Below, in pieces: positions 1-13,493 of a stretch of DNA of 64,000 nt (positions are counted from its first letter, which is position 1; each line of letters opens with the position of its first letter). The notes beneath the pieces are model-generated. The model was not told the origin of the DNA, did not search any database, and saw only the letters and a program-made list of their open reading frames with translations. The DNA is from Octopus sinensis. Lineage: Eukaryota. The stretch spans positions 53,010,001 through 53,074,000 of the forward strand of contig NC_043005.1 of NCBI RefSeq assembly GCF_006345805.1, given 5' to 3'. The translations under genes and the position numbers were made by a program.

Positions 1-837
1 GTTCGTACGGAATAGCCATGTTGAAGAGGAAACAAACGTTACTTTATAGTAAAATATCCTTTGTCAATAACTCAAACCCCTAGAAAGTCATCAGCGGTGT
101 ATGTGATCGAATAAAACTCCAGACTGGTCTGTGCCTTGTCGTTTGACAGGAATAAATAAAAACGAAATAAATAAACTAGAACATTCTTCCGAATGAAAAG
201 AAATTTCAGCTGATTCTTTGGAAACGAGGATATATCTAAAGAACCATATTGTCTTTACTCGGGTGATTTTCTTGGAATCAAATTACACCAGACAGATGTG
301 ACTGACTAAGAACCTAAGCTAGAGTGAATACATCAGATATTGAACCGATATGGCTCGCAGAATGTACTCATGGATCATTAGAATGCTCACAGTTTAAAGA
401 CCATGATACCATCTTTCTTCAATTCTCTACGTTTGCAAGGTTTCCCCTTAAATACTGTTGCCCACTGTGCTCTCTCTATCCGAAATAAGAAACATTATGA
501 AAATTTAAGGAACCAAGAGGTCGATCTCATACATACACGCATACACACACATGTTAAACAAATAAACGACATGACATGTCTTAGTTGTTACGATTGCTCA
601 CAAGGCTCAAACTTTCTTCTATTCAATGTCCGCCGTGAGTGCTACATCATTTGTACAATGCTAATGGAAGATATTCCATAAGCATTGCCAAACGAAGATC
701 ACAACCAGGGTTCACATGCCAAACTCCACCTCACCTATAAAATCGAGTTCACAACAAAATCGCGATACAATTTGTTTTACATCAATTGATCCTGTTTATC
801 ATTCTACGTTTTAAAGGCGGTGAAGACAGCGAAGACA

Positions 838-1010
838 GCAAGCTGGTAAACTCGTTAGCACGTTGGACAGAATGCTTAGTGGCATTTCGCCCATCTTTAC
901 GTTCTGTGTTCAAATTCCGTCGAGGCCGACTTTGCCTTTCATCCTTTCGGGGTCAATAAAATAAGTACTAGGTATACACTGGGGGTCCATGTGATCGACT
1001 AGCACCATAG
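838..1010 (+). mobile_element. tRNA-derived SINE family A, diverged copy
   Basis: agctgg..gttagcac A-box-like and gttcaaattcc B-box-like motifs, then gcctttcatcctttcggggtc.ataaa..agtac core shared with many copies in the window. Confidence 0.8.
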
Positions 1011-1154
1011 ACCACCGACATATTGATACACTATGCCAATCATAAACTTCCTGTTCGAATGGGCTACGTTGTCCGAAAACATGACTAAAGATATGGTCCA
1101 ATTTGGGATTTTAGGCGCGACATGGTCTGGATCAATAATGGCCCAAACCAGTTT

Positions 1155-1563
1155 CTTATTTCTTTATTGCCCACAAGGGGCTAAACAGAGAGGGGACAAA
1201 CAAGGACAAAGGGATTAAGTCGATTACATCGACCACAGTGTGTAACCGGTACTTAATTTATCGACCCCGAAAGGATGAAAGGCAAAGTAGACCACTGCGG
1301 AATTTGAACTCAGAACGTAGCGGTGGACGAAATACCTATTTCTTTACTACCAACAAGGGGCTAAACACAGAGAGGACAAACAAGGACAGACAAACGGATT
1401 AAGTCGATTATATCGACCCCAGTGCATAACTGGTACTTATTAAATCGACACCGAAAGGATGAAAGGCAAAGTCGACCTCGGTGGAATTTGAACTCAGAAC
1501 GTAGCGGCAGACGAACTACTGCTAAGCATTTCGCCCGGTGTGCTAACGTTTCCGCCAGCTCGT
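1155..1563 (-). mobile_element. SINE family A, tandem dimer
   Basis: Two ~180-bp units (1157, 1337) plus one tRNA-like head at the right end. Confidence 0.88.
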
Positions 1564-1634
1564 TGCCAAAACCAGTTTCTGTCTGTCTGTCTGCCTGCCT
1601 GCCTATGAATCCGGTTGTCTGTCTATCACTGTAT

Positions 1635-1920
1635 CATCCAGACTATCGTATGCTGTTGTACACCGCCGGTCACAATGCACTTCCTCACATTGTTGTACCT
1701 TTCGAATGACGCCACCCCGTTGGCTAGGCGGGGTGTCGAGCACATTAACCTCTAAACGTACCACCGGTCTGCTGCCTGGTTGCCAACTTATTGACGGATG
1801 AAGATGAACAAAATGAAAAGAAAATGTTTTGGTCAAAAACACAATGCAACACCGGTCGGAGAAACGAAATCACGATCTTGCGATCATCAGTGAAACACCC
1901 TACTCTTTAAGCTACGCTCC
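1635..1920 (-). mobile_element. Old tRNA-derived SINE
   Basis: Tail (cagactatc..ggtcacaatgc..gacgccacccc.ggctaggcg) shared with 11945-12170 and 14790-14900; degenerate tRNA-like head. Confidence 0.55.
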
Positions 1921-1983
1921 TTCATACACACACACACACACACATGCGCGCGCATATATACCCATAAATCAATACATAAATAC

Positions 1984-2017
<34 letters not shown>

Positions 2018-2634
2018 GCATAAAGCATCGATGTACAATATCTTGAAACTTTTATACAGTGTCTGAAGTGTCAGGTTTCTCCTGTTTTACTTGCTAGCTA
2101 ATATGAATCATTTACTGAAATACACACATCTTGTTATTCTGACTGGGAGATGGAACCTCCCGAGGCAGCCTGTTAATCTATTGTCTGTTGTGTTTCAGGT
2201 CGATGTAAATCAAAATGTACTTAAGTTTTAATGTCTTTTGCTTTCCTTTTATCTGTTATTACCCCTGACACAATCCACCTGGCTTGCACAGGTAACTAGT
2301 GGTTTATGTATCCGTTCCTTTCCGTAACTCAGTTCGTAAAATGTGGCCAGAGGCTTCTAGCGAACAAACGACTCGACAAAATTTTCCACCATCATAATCA
2401 AGCTTTCACAATCTTGTTGCATTTACATACATACATATATACGTACGTACGTACATACATACATACATACATACATACATACATACATACATACATACAT
2501 ACATACATACATACACACATACTTACAAACATAATTGTTGGGCCAAAAGTCACGAATAAAATAAGTCACTCCGGAATTGTCAAAGACATGCTTCAACTTT
2601 CTTAAAATTTAATAAAATAAATAAATAAATAAAA

Positions 2635-2700
2635 TAGCGGTTAAGCGCGCGGGCTACTAATTCCATTATTCCGAGTTCGATTCTAGGCAGTGACCTGAAT
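2635..2700 (+). mobile_element. tRNA-like SINE head with (AAT)n tail
   Basis: agcggttaagcgcgcgggctactaa...ccgagttcgattc resembles tRNA D/T arms, has no acceptor stem, and runs into (AAT)n. Confidence 0.45.
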
Positions 2701-2709
2701 AATAATAAC

Positions 2710-2770
<61 letters not shown>

Positions 2771-2773
2771 CTG

Positions 2774-3467
<694 letters not shown>

Positions 3468-3480
3468 TAATAATGATAAC

Positions 3481-3720
3481 GCGCTGATGCAGTACCAGGC
3501 AGTGGCTCTCATGGCTTCTTATCTTAACTGATTGGAGGTGTTATCATAGACATTGTTTTTGTCTTAGTATAAAATATGGGCTAACAGCAAATATTCTGCT
3601 CAGTACCACAGATTTGCTTGTCAGTTGATTGACCTTAACCAGTTGAACATGTCCCTTAGTGGCTGATGATTGGTGCATCTCTGATCACGGGCAGATGTAG
3701 TGGGGGACCATCATAAACAT
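3481..3720. repeat. Interspersed repeat, unclassified, AAT-associated
   Basis: Close match to 48786-49000; both copies abut (AAT)n. Confidence 0.75.
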
Positions 3721-3728
3721 TTCCCCAA

Positions 3729-3774
3729 GATACCTGACGAAGACTGGAGGGTATATCAGCTGAAACGTTGTGTT
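3729..3774 (+). ncRNA. Minimal type I hammerhead (Penelope pLTR-like fragment, ~3720-3855)
   Basis: GAUAC-CUGACGA-AG(A)CUGG-agggtata-UCAGCU-GAAAC-GU-U-GUGUU. Confidence 0.6.
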
Positions 3775-3957
3775 AGCAACAAACAAGATGAGGGCAAATA
3801 TCTCCCCAAATGTAAATAATGTACATAATTCCTCATCTCTTAAATATAGAACAATAATAACGTTAATAAAATGTCAAATGTTTTTGATGGGTGATTTTTG
3901 GCCCACCATCTACGTACATACATACATATATATATATATACGTACTAATGTATCCAC

Positions 3958-4016
<59 letters not shown>

Positions 4017-4367
4017 CGTGTGTGTATGTATATATGTATGTCTATGTGTATGTATGTATCTTGCAAGCTCAAAAAATATGATATAAACGAGGCAGAAAGA
4101 ATAAAGACATGGAGGACAAAAAACAAGACCAACGGAGAAGAAGCAACAGAAAAAATAGAGACAAAGACAGCAGAATGAAAACAGACTACAATATATTTAA
4201 ATTAGAAAAGAAAATATAATTTCTATCTTTCAACTTTTTCTCCCGAGGAAATGCGTAATTCATCACACTTAAATTTATCATGAATGTTAATTACGACGTA
4301 ATTTTATAAATCACCATGTTTATAAAGAAGTTGTCGAAAACAGTTATATATACATATATATATATGC

Positions 4368-4407
<40 letters not shown>

Positions 4408-4724
4408 GGTGTGTGTGTGTGTGTGTGTGTGTGCGTATGTGTGTGCGCGTGCGCAGGTAGGTGTTATAAAGAGCTCTTTGTGCCTATCCCGTATCCTGTG
4501 GTACAAATAACTTCACTTAACACTGCTGTTAGATTAAAATATAATTCAGATGTAGAGAAGTTCAATCAAAGGGAATGAATGCACGACTCCGAATGTATTA
4601 GATCTTGGAAATAGTTTCACTAGAAATTAGGCAACAAATAGTACCGATCATGATAATAACCGTATAAAAGACGGGAAAAGTGAAAATGATAATATTGACA
4701 CTAATAATAATAATAATAATGATG

Positions 4725-4760
<36 letters not shown>

Positions 4761-4825
4761 TAATAATAATGATGATGATGATGATGGTGATAATAGTAAT
4801 AATAATGATGATGATAATAGTAGTA

Positions 4826-4861
<36 letters not shown>

Positions 4862-5504
4862 GTAATAATAATAATAATAATAATAATGATATTTTAAAAG
4901 AATTGACATAACTACTCACAAAAGTAAATATGAAGAGCAAGTGGCGATTGCAATAGATATTTTATTGGTTTGAACGATATTTCGACAACTTGCCCGTCTT
5001 CGACGAGTTTAATATGAAAAGTGATATATAGAAATTCAAAATTATAGAAATACAAATTCAAAAATTTGAACGAAAGCAACCTGCGTTCCCACGTTGACAG
5101 AATGACATATTCACTCTTCAATTTTCAAGTTTACAACTAGCAAAAAGAAAAAGAAAGGGTTGTAATTCATTTCTAATTTATTTATCACTTTATCATCTCT
5201 CAAATCTGAGAGTAGAAGACTGTGTCTATTTTGAATAAAGAACAAGAGTGAGTTGACAACTCATGGCTAGGTATGGTCATAAATATTATCATAGGTATTC
5301 CTTTTCCCCAAGAGAAAGGTAATAACAAATTAGGAAGAGTCAATATTCATACATAAAAACAAAGTTATTTTATTCCACAGGAGTAGCGAATATAGAAAAA
5401 CAAGTTGAAAATGCACTGGGATTTGGTTATATTTTATATATTTTAATTTCTAAAGAATTAAGAAGATTCACAGATTTACCTGATCTGCATGAGTTCTTTT
5501 TTTA

Positions 5505-5995
5505 TTCTTTTACTCTTTTACATGTTTCAGTCTACGGCCATGCTGGAGCACCGTATTTAGTCGAACGAATCCTCCCCAGAACTTATTCTTTGTAAGCCTA
5601 GTACATCTTCTATCGTTTTATTATGCCGAACCTCTAAGTTACTGAGACGTAAAGACATCAACATCGGTTGTCAAGCGACAGTGGAGGTAGTGGTGGTGAT
5701 GGTGGAGGGCAACAAAGATACGCAAATATATCTATCATAAATATATACATATATGTACACAGGCACACACACACACACGCAGACACACACATATATATAT
5801 ATGTGTGTGTATGTATGTATGTATATATACATACGACGAGATTTCAGTTTCCATCTACTAAAGTCACTCACCAGGCTTTGACGGCCCGAGGTTGTACGAG
5901 AAGGCACTTGCCCAAGGTGCCACACAGTGGGACTGATCCCGGAACTATGTGGTTGTGAAGTATGCTTCTTACCACACAGCCACGCCTGCGCCTAT
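5505..5995 (-). mobile_element. tRNA-derived SINE family B with internal microsatellite
   Basis: Head ggcgcaggcgtggctgtgtggtaag..gtcccactgtgtggcaccttgggcaagtg and tail ggtgctccagcatggcc..ctgaaac, read on the minus strand. Many copies in the window. Confidence 0.88.
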
Positions 5996-6214
5996 ATGTA
6001 TGTATGCATGTATGTATGTATGTATGTATGTATGTATGTATGTATGTATGTATGTACGTACGTACGTATGTATGTATGTATTTTTTTATATACATATACA
6101 TACATATATGATATATATTATATATATATATATATATTATATATATATATATATATATATTGTTATATTTCGGAATGGTCATATTGCCAGTTTAGCCAAT
6201 AAATATATATATAT

Positions 6215-6251
<37 letters not shown>

Positions 6252-6872
6252 CCATCGTGTAATTGTTTTGAATTCTTCTTCTCTCAGAGAAGCAGCTGAT
6301 TTCTAAAAATGACCACAACGTTGGATTTGGACACTAACAATAATTGAAACAGCGAAAGATCTTGTATATTTACACCGTTTTACTTATAAAACGAATTTTC
6401 GCAACTTTTTGTCTTTACTGACTGTTTGTATGATGATGATGAATGATGATGATGATAAAAATAACGATAATGATAATAATAATAATAATACTAATGATGT
6501 TGATAATAATAATGATAATGATAATGATAATAATAATATTAATAACGATAATAATAGTAATAATAATAATAAAATTGTGATAATTACAGTGGAAATATAT
6601 ATTTTATTTATGTTGAATAAGTATGTATGTATCTGCGTGTGTGTGTATATATACATATCTGTGTGTGTATATGTGGGTGTATAAGTTTATTTCACAAATG
6701 CATTCATCATGTGCGTGCATATTGAATACTTTTACTTAGTTTCATGACAAAATACTAAACATGCATATATATTCATATACACGGACAGACATATAACACA
6801 CGCGCATGGTAACACACATGTTCGCATATATATGAATGTTTTATATTTGACATGCCTTATTATACACACACA

Positions 6873-6945
<73 letters not shown>

Positions 6946-6946
<1 letters not shown>

Positions 6947-7397
6947 CGATATAGTGTATATTTATACGCATAAGGAATCCACACTTGGGGTGAGATTCAA
7001 CACATTAGATAACCACACAAATAATAGAATTCCTTATGTGTATATTTATACACATAAGGAATCCACACTTTATTGTAGCCAACGGTAGGACTGCGATTGC
7101 GCAGAAAAATTTGAAAAGTTACTTCGTATAAACAGTAGACAGGTAGCAATCCTTGTCTTCTGTCTATATGTTTTAACCCCAGGTTGACCTCGCCGATGAA
7201 GATCAGACCTTGCGAGTTACCCCGACTTGCTAAAAGAAGATCAGAAACCAATTTGGTCCGGGGTATTAAATGGTAAATGTTTTTCATTTCCAAATTTATT
7301 CCTATCGAATTTTATCTATTATTTTTGTGGTTATCTAATGTGTTGAATCTCACCCTAAGTGTGGATTCCTTATGTGTATAAATATACACTATATCGT
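6946..7397 (+). mobile_element. Hammerhead-bearing non-coding element with inverted copy of its 3' end (Penelope-like architecture)
   Basis: 6946-7028 is the reverse complement of 7315-7397. A further fold-back fragment lies at 7029-7070. A (TA)n tract abuts the left end. Confidence 0.65.
7187..7264 (+). ncRNA. Type I hammerhead ribozyme (U4C variant)
   Basis: Stem I ACCUCG/CGGGGU; core CCGAUGA; stem II GAUC/GAUC with inner GCGAGU/ACUUGC hairpin; GAAA; stem III ACCA-AUU-UGGU; triplet GUC (7258). Confidence 0.72.
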
Positions 7398-7522
7398 ATA
7401 ACTAATATATAGTATCTTGACTAATTTTTTTGCACGTTAGACCATTGGAAATGTAAATTTTGATTGAATATTTAAATTTAATTAAATCCATTTCCCTTTT
7501 GATATGATCAAACATTATATTA

Positions 7523-7575
<53 letters not shown>

Positions 7576-7659
7576 CAATATATAATATATATTATATATA
7601 CATACATGTATATAATTTACATATATATGTACAATATGCGTGTGTATATGTATATATAT

Positions 7660-8036
7660 ACATAAGTTGTCTGTGTATGGCAAGTTTGGTAGCCTTCAAC
7701 TAATACTATCTCCTCCGAGACCTTACGGCGCAAGTTTGACCAAAATTGAGAGTATGATAGAAGAAGGCTTGCTCTTCTTTCCGTAGAAGAAAAAATTCAA
7801 ATCAGACCATGTTAACACCAAAAATTATTTACATCAAAAAGGTGCTTTTTTTCTATGAAAATCCCTATTTTTTACGATTTTGTGACTGCTGTGTCGCCAT
7901 TTTTCGGTGTATTTCAAGCAGAAAAATGTTCACTTATAGAGAATAACAAGCTACATTATACAGAATTTTTACTTTTCAAAAATTCCAATTCTAAAGGGTT
8001 GAAACAAACCCGAGCAACGCCGGGCGTTACTGCTAG
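7660..8036 (+). mobile_element. Non-autonomous Helitron-like element (3' end clear)
   Basis: GC hairpin cccgagcaacgccggg, 8 nt spacer, then CTAG|T at 8033-8037. The 5' end is lost in microsatellite. Confidence 0.6.
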
Positions 8037-8381
8037 TATATATATATGCATCTCCGTAATTTACAGTCTGCCGTTTGTTTACAAGAATATAAAAAGTATA
8101 TATCCTAGCCTAAAATTATTTATACATTAAAATTGACTGAAATTGATGGATGGGCTATGTGTATCAATTGGGTGCGTACGGGGCCATGTAAGCATTGATG
8201 TCGTGTTCAATTTCCAGTAGTTCATCATTTTTTCATCCAATTGTTTAGGTTAGTCGCTCTAAATGGAGCATATATTATTTGTATAAAGAATATATACTTA
8301 TAGTTATTATAAAATGACCTACATGGTAGCTATTCTCCGTAATTTACAGCCTTCGTGCTTATTTACAATTTTATTATATAT

Positions 8382-8600
8382 AGGCGCAATGGCCTAGTGG
8401 TTAGGGCAGCGGACTTGCGGTCGGAGGATCGCGGTTTCGATTCCCAGACCGGGCGTTGTGTGTGTTTATGAGCGAAAACACCTAAAAGCTCACGAGCTCC
8501 GGCAGGAGGTGGTGATCCTGCTGTACTCTTTCACCACTCTAAAAAAACGGTGCTCCAGCATGGCCGCAGTCAAATGACTGAAACAAGTACAGAAAAAAAA
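8382..8600 (+). mobile_element. tRNA-derived SINE family C head joined to family B tail
   Basis: ggcgcaatggcctagtggttagggcagcggact..ggtttcgattccc head, then ggtgctccagcatggccgcagtcaaatgactgaaacaagt and poly-A. Confidence 0.8.
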
Positions 8601-8609
8601 AAAAAAAAA

Positions 8610-9667
8610 TCTATATCTATATATATATATATAATATATATATATATATAAAACTGAGAATGTGTGCCGTCTGTCTATCTGTCTGTGTGTTTCCCTAAAA
8701 CTTGAGAACTACACAACCAATTTCATTCAAATTTTACACATGCCTTACTTAGGGTCCATGTAGTTTCATGGGCAAAAAAATGTTCAACTTCTGCCTAAAG
8801 CGGCCCATAGTAATATCATATCTTCTCCACTTTTCAGTATTACGTGTTAAAAGTGAAACAAAAACAATTCTCTATTTTATGTCAGATGCTTTCACTTTAA
8901 CAATAAAAATAATAATAACAATTGAATTATATGTAGTAAGTAATAATTAAAATCAAACTAAAGTATAATATAATCGTAACATAACAAAAGTAAAAATAGC
9001 AATTGGTATAAAATTGCATCAATGACTTGAACTTGAATAAGCAGTTTCACATGAATGGGAATAAATTAAAAAATAAAATTAGCTTGCAGAAATGGAATAG
9101 TCCAGATGGATAATAAAAAATTAAATTAAAGAAAAGACTATTGTCTATAAAGTATACAATGTAGAGAAAAAAAGATTTGAGCACCTAGAGGAAAGCACCA
9201 TCGAAAAGTGTCTTGGTGCGACTATGAAAGATATCTAACCAGAGGCGGTAAATTCGCCACAATAGAAGCAAGGTTCGAGTCAACGGAGCGTGCAAGGGAG
9301 TACTCGACTCGAACTTGCAAAGTGGAAATATTTTATTTTTACCTTTATATCTGGGACGTAGGACGTGCCGGATAAAAATTAAAAATGGCCCCCACAGAAG
9401 TTGAGGTAGGCTAGATTGTAGCCACACTTCTATACAGGAGGGAGGACAAGATACAATTGATCGAAATTGCAAGAGACGGGCTTACATTCCAGTCTGTTAT
9501 ATATTTTGAGCATTGTTATCACTAGCGATATCAAGATATAACTTTGTATTTTGTATTTTATGTGTAGATGTATATATATATAGATGTACATGTAATATGT
9601 ACACATATATATACACATATATACATGTACTAGCACTATGACCTGGCAACGTCGGGTCATAATGCTA

Positions 9668-9668
<1 letters not shown>
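8610..9668 (+). mobile_element. Non-autonomous Helitron-like element; 3' end tandemly duplicated (second CTAG at 9972-9975)
   Basis: A|TC-TATAT..AAAA start followed by tgtctgtctg..ctaaaacttgagaac..ccaatttcattcaaatttt (typical Helitron 5' pattern). Subterminal hairpin and CTAG|T at 9665-9669. Confidence 0.65.
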
Positions 9669-9721
<53 letters not shown>

Positions 9722-10519
9722 TATGTACGTATGTATGTATGTATATGAAAGTACGAGCGTACGTATATACATATGCATATATATATATATATATATATAT
9801 AAATATATATACATATGTATGTATATGTATGTAGGAGCGTACGTATATAACTTTGTATTTTGTATTTTATGTGTAGATGTATATATATAGATGTACATGT
9901 AATATGTACACATATATATACACATATATACATTCACTAGCACTATGACATGGCAACGTCGGGTCATAATGCTAGTATATATATATATGTATATGTATAT
10001 ATGTATGTATGTATGTATGTATATGAAAGTACAAACGTACGTATATACATATGCATATATATATATAAATATATATACATATGTATGTATGTATATGTAT
10101 GTAGGAGTGTACGTATATACATATGCGTATATATATATATATACACACCTATACGAGTACTCACATCCACACCCAAGCAAGCACAAACACACACAGTTGG
10201 ACGTTAAATTAAAAGCATGTTTAAGTAATTTCAAGAATAAAGCAGAATATTCACTGAGCAGGTGTTTAAAAGAAGTGGGATAGGAATCAAATTTAATGTA
10301 AATATGGTGACTGGAGCTTCACAACATACATACATACTCCATCCATCCATCCATCCATCCATCCATCCATCCATCCATCCATACTACATACATACATACA
10401 TACTAAGATTCACCAACTTACTGCCTTGACTCCGGTCACCTGCGGATGCACATGTATACAGTTATTAATGAATCCCATTAATACAATCTTGCGTATAATT
10501 TATATAACATTCAGCAATT

Positions 10520-11412
10520 GGGTGTAGGAGTGGCTGTGTGGTAAGTAGCTTGCTACGAACCACATAGTTCCGGGTTCAGTCCCACTGCGTACACCTGGTA
10601 AGTGTCTTCTAATATAGTCTCGGGCCGACCAAGCTTGTGAGTTGGATTTTAATATATACGGAAACATGAAATAAGCCCATCGTAATATGTATATATATAT
10701 ATATATTATATATATTATATGGCGGTTTGATAGATAGATGATGCTTGTTCACCCAACATAGCTTGATAACCGATGCTATATGTGTTTATGTAACAGTAAC
10801 TTAGCAGACATGGACAAGAACAAGAGACCGATAAAACAAGTACCACAGGACTTAGTATAAGTCCTCAGGTCGATTTTATCGACATAAAGGCGGATGCTCT
10901 TGAGATGGCCACATTAACATGCCTGCCAAGGGAAATCTAAGCCAAGCGCATTAATTAAAGCTAATAATGGCGTTGAAACGAATTGTTGGTGATAGTAATA
11001 AAACCTGTTTAATCGGACACCTGTGCACCTATATTAACATATAGACAGGTAAAAAATGTAGTAAATCAGGTGGGTTAAACTAGACTATCGGATTTGTGCA
11101 CAGCGCTGATCACAGGCACGTGCCTCGTTTTAACTTTTGAAAGAGTGCTAGGCGAGCAGGCCAAATCTTCCCCTGAATCGAAATTTAGTCTGCCGTAGGA
11201 TTATTCATTACAGCTAAGGGTTGGCATCGTGAATCAAAAGACAGGACCCGCCAGATGAAAAGTGCAACACCCTGACCACTAGACCACGTGAAGATATCTA
11301 TCTATCTATCTATCATCTAGGTATAGATCTATCCTATCTATATATCTAGGGGGCTATATATTATATAAAACATAATAAGGGAGTAGAGAGAGAGAAGAAA
11401 TACAGACTAAAT

Positions 11413-11444
<32 letters not shown>

Positions 11445-11536
11445 ATATATATTATCTAAATACATATGGTGGATAGATTAGCTAGATAGATTAGATGGAT
11501 AGATAGAGATCCTATATATACATATATTATAGACCA

Positions 11537-11581
<45 letters not shown>

Positions 11582-11800
11582 TAGATGTGCATGTGCGTGT
11601 TTGTATGTCTGTGCTTGTTTCCCCAACATCGCTTGACAACCGATGCTAGTGTGTTTATGTCACCGTAACTTAGCGGTTCGGCAAAAAAGCGACCGATAAA
11701 ATAAGTACTAGGCTTAGTATAAGTCCTGGGGTCGATTTGATCGACGAAAGGCGGTGCTCCAGCATGGCCACAGTCACATGACTGAAACAAGTAAAAGAGT
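10520..11800 (+). mobile_element. SINE family B (head 10520-10685, clean tail 11590-11800, garbled duplicate between)
   Basis: ggtgtaggagtggctgtgtggtaag head; aacatcgcttgacaaccgatgc...ggcggtgctccagcatggcc tail. Confidence 0.7.
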
Positions 11801-12248
11801 TAAAGAGAGAGAGAGTAATTAAAAGCTAATAATGATGCGTTGAAACAATTGTTGTGATTAGTAATAAAACCTGTTTAATTCGCCTCCTGTGCACCTATAA
11901 TTACCTATATACAGGTAAATAAATGTAGGCATCATGGTGTTGACTAGACTATCGGATGTTGTTGCACATCGCTGATCACAATGCACTTTGCATCGTTTTA
12001 ACTTTTGAAAGATGGCTAGGCGAGCAGGCCAACATCTTCCCCCCTGATCGGAAAGTTAGTCTGCCGTAAGATTATTCATTTACAGCTGAAGGGATTGGGG
12101 CATCGTGAATCGAAACTACGACCGCCAGATCATGAGTGCAACACCCTGACCACTAGACCACGTGCCTTATATCTATCTATCTATCTATCTATCTATATAT
12201 ATATTAAATACATACATATGTATATTATATACACCATACATACATAAA

Positions 12249-12303
<55 letters not shown>

Positions 12304-12376
12304 GATTAGATAGATAGATAGATGGATAGATAGACAGATACATATATATATATATATGTATATGTTATATATATGT

Positions 12377-13200
12377 TATAGGTAAACAGTAAAATTAATT
12401 ACAGACATGGACAAGAACATGAAACACCACAGAGACGACACAAGAACCACAGGACGGGACATTCGAAGCCCTCAGTCATCAGTCAAGAACCAGATCATCT
12501 TAGCAATTTCGGCTGATTAATCTTGAGATTGCTCCGATATGGCCAGCCGCCAAGGAAAATCTAAGCCAAGCGCATTAGATCCCCTGGAAGAAAGCTTCGA
12601 ATGTATACAACGAAAGGACGAAAACGATCGAAGTACACAAACAAAAATACAGAATACGTGACACCAATAAGAATACAAAACGTAAAAACAATAACGGTAA
12701 AAATAAAAAATAACAACAAAACAACCAGGACGTAGGACAAGGGTCTTTCACAGGACGATTTGAGTAGGGCTGGCTTGTGAAGTTGTGCCTAAGGCCACGG
12801 GGAGACGAACAAATACGTGTTGCTTCTGAGGCTGCTGAAAACGAAAAGAGGCGCTCAACAGCGGCTAGCTGTCACGTGAGAACAAAAGACAGGAGAAAGG
12901 GACAGATGAAAAGGGAGAGAAGGTGGACGAGGGAGGAGAAGAAAGAGACAGATCGAGGGGCTGGAGGTGAGAGAGATAGAGAAACGTAGAAAGGGGGGGG
13001 GGGGACGGATGGAGAGGGAAGAAAGGAGTGGAATAAGGGAGGAGAGAGAGAGAGAGAAAAAGAGACAGATTAAGAGTCGTATCAAAGCTTGAGAAAAAAA
13101 TATACTTATCGTATAAGGACAATTGTGGATACGTAGCCGCCGATTATATAGGTAAACAGTAAAATTAATTACAGACATGACAAGAACATGAAACACCACA
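12377..13200. mobile_element. Non-coding element with ~54-bp direct terminal repeats (period 770), in (TA)n
   Basis: tataggtaaacagtaaaattaattacagacatg(g)acaagaacatgaaacaccaca at 12377-12431 and 13147-13200. Internal fold-back 12459-12604. Confidence 0.6.
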
Positions 13201-13461
13201 TATACTATATATATATATATATATATATATAACATTTGCTTATACACATTTCCGTATTGTTTATATGTGTGTACAAACATCTCCTGGTGCAAATATTTTC
13301 AACCACCGTGCACTTACTTCCAGCAAAAGAAAATAAAAATTCACAAATTTCTCCCTTTCTCTGTCTTTATCTTTCTCCTTCTCTCTCACTTTCTCTCTCC
13401 CTTTCTCTCACTCACTCTTAACTCGTTCGCCCTGTGTCAAGCACACAGATACAAACTGTGG

Positions 13462-13493
<32 letters not shown>

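Noticed and set aside
4215-4345. Cluster of small AT-rich hairpins
   Set aside because: No ribozyme core fits; expected by chance at this AT content.
8382-8455. Possible tRNA genes (also 2635, 34129, 61490)
   Set aside because: No acceptor stem and they continue into SINE bodies; these are SINE heads.
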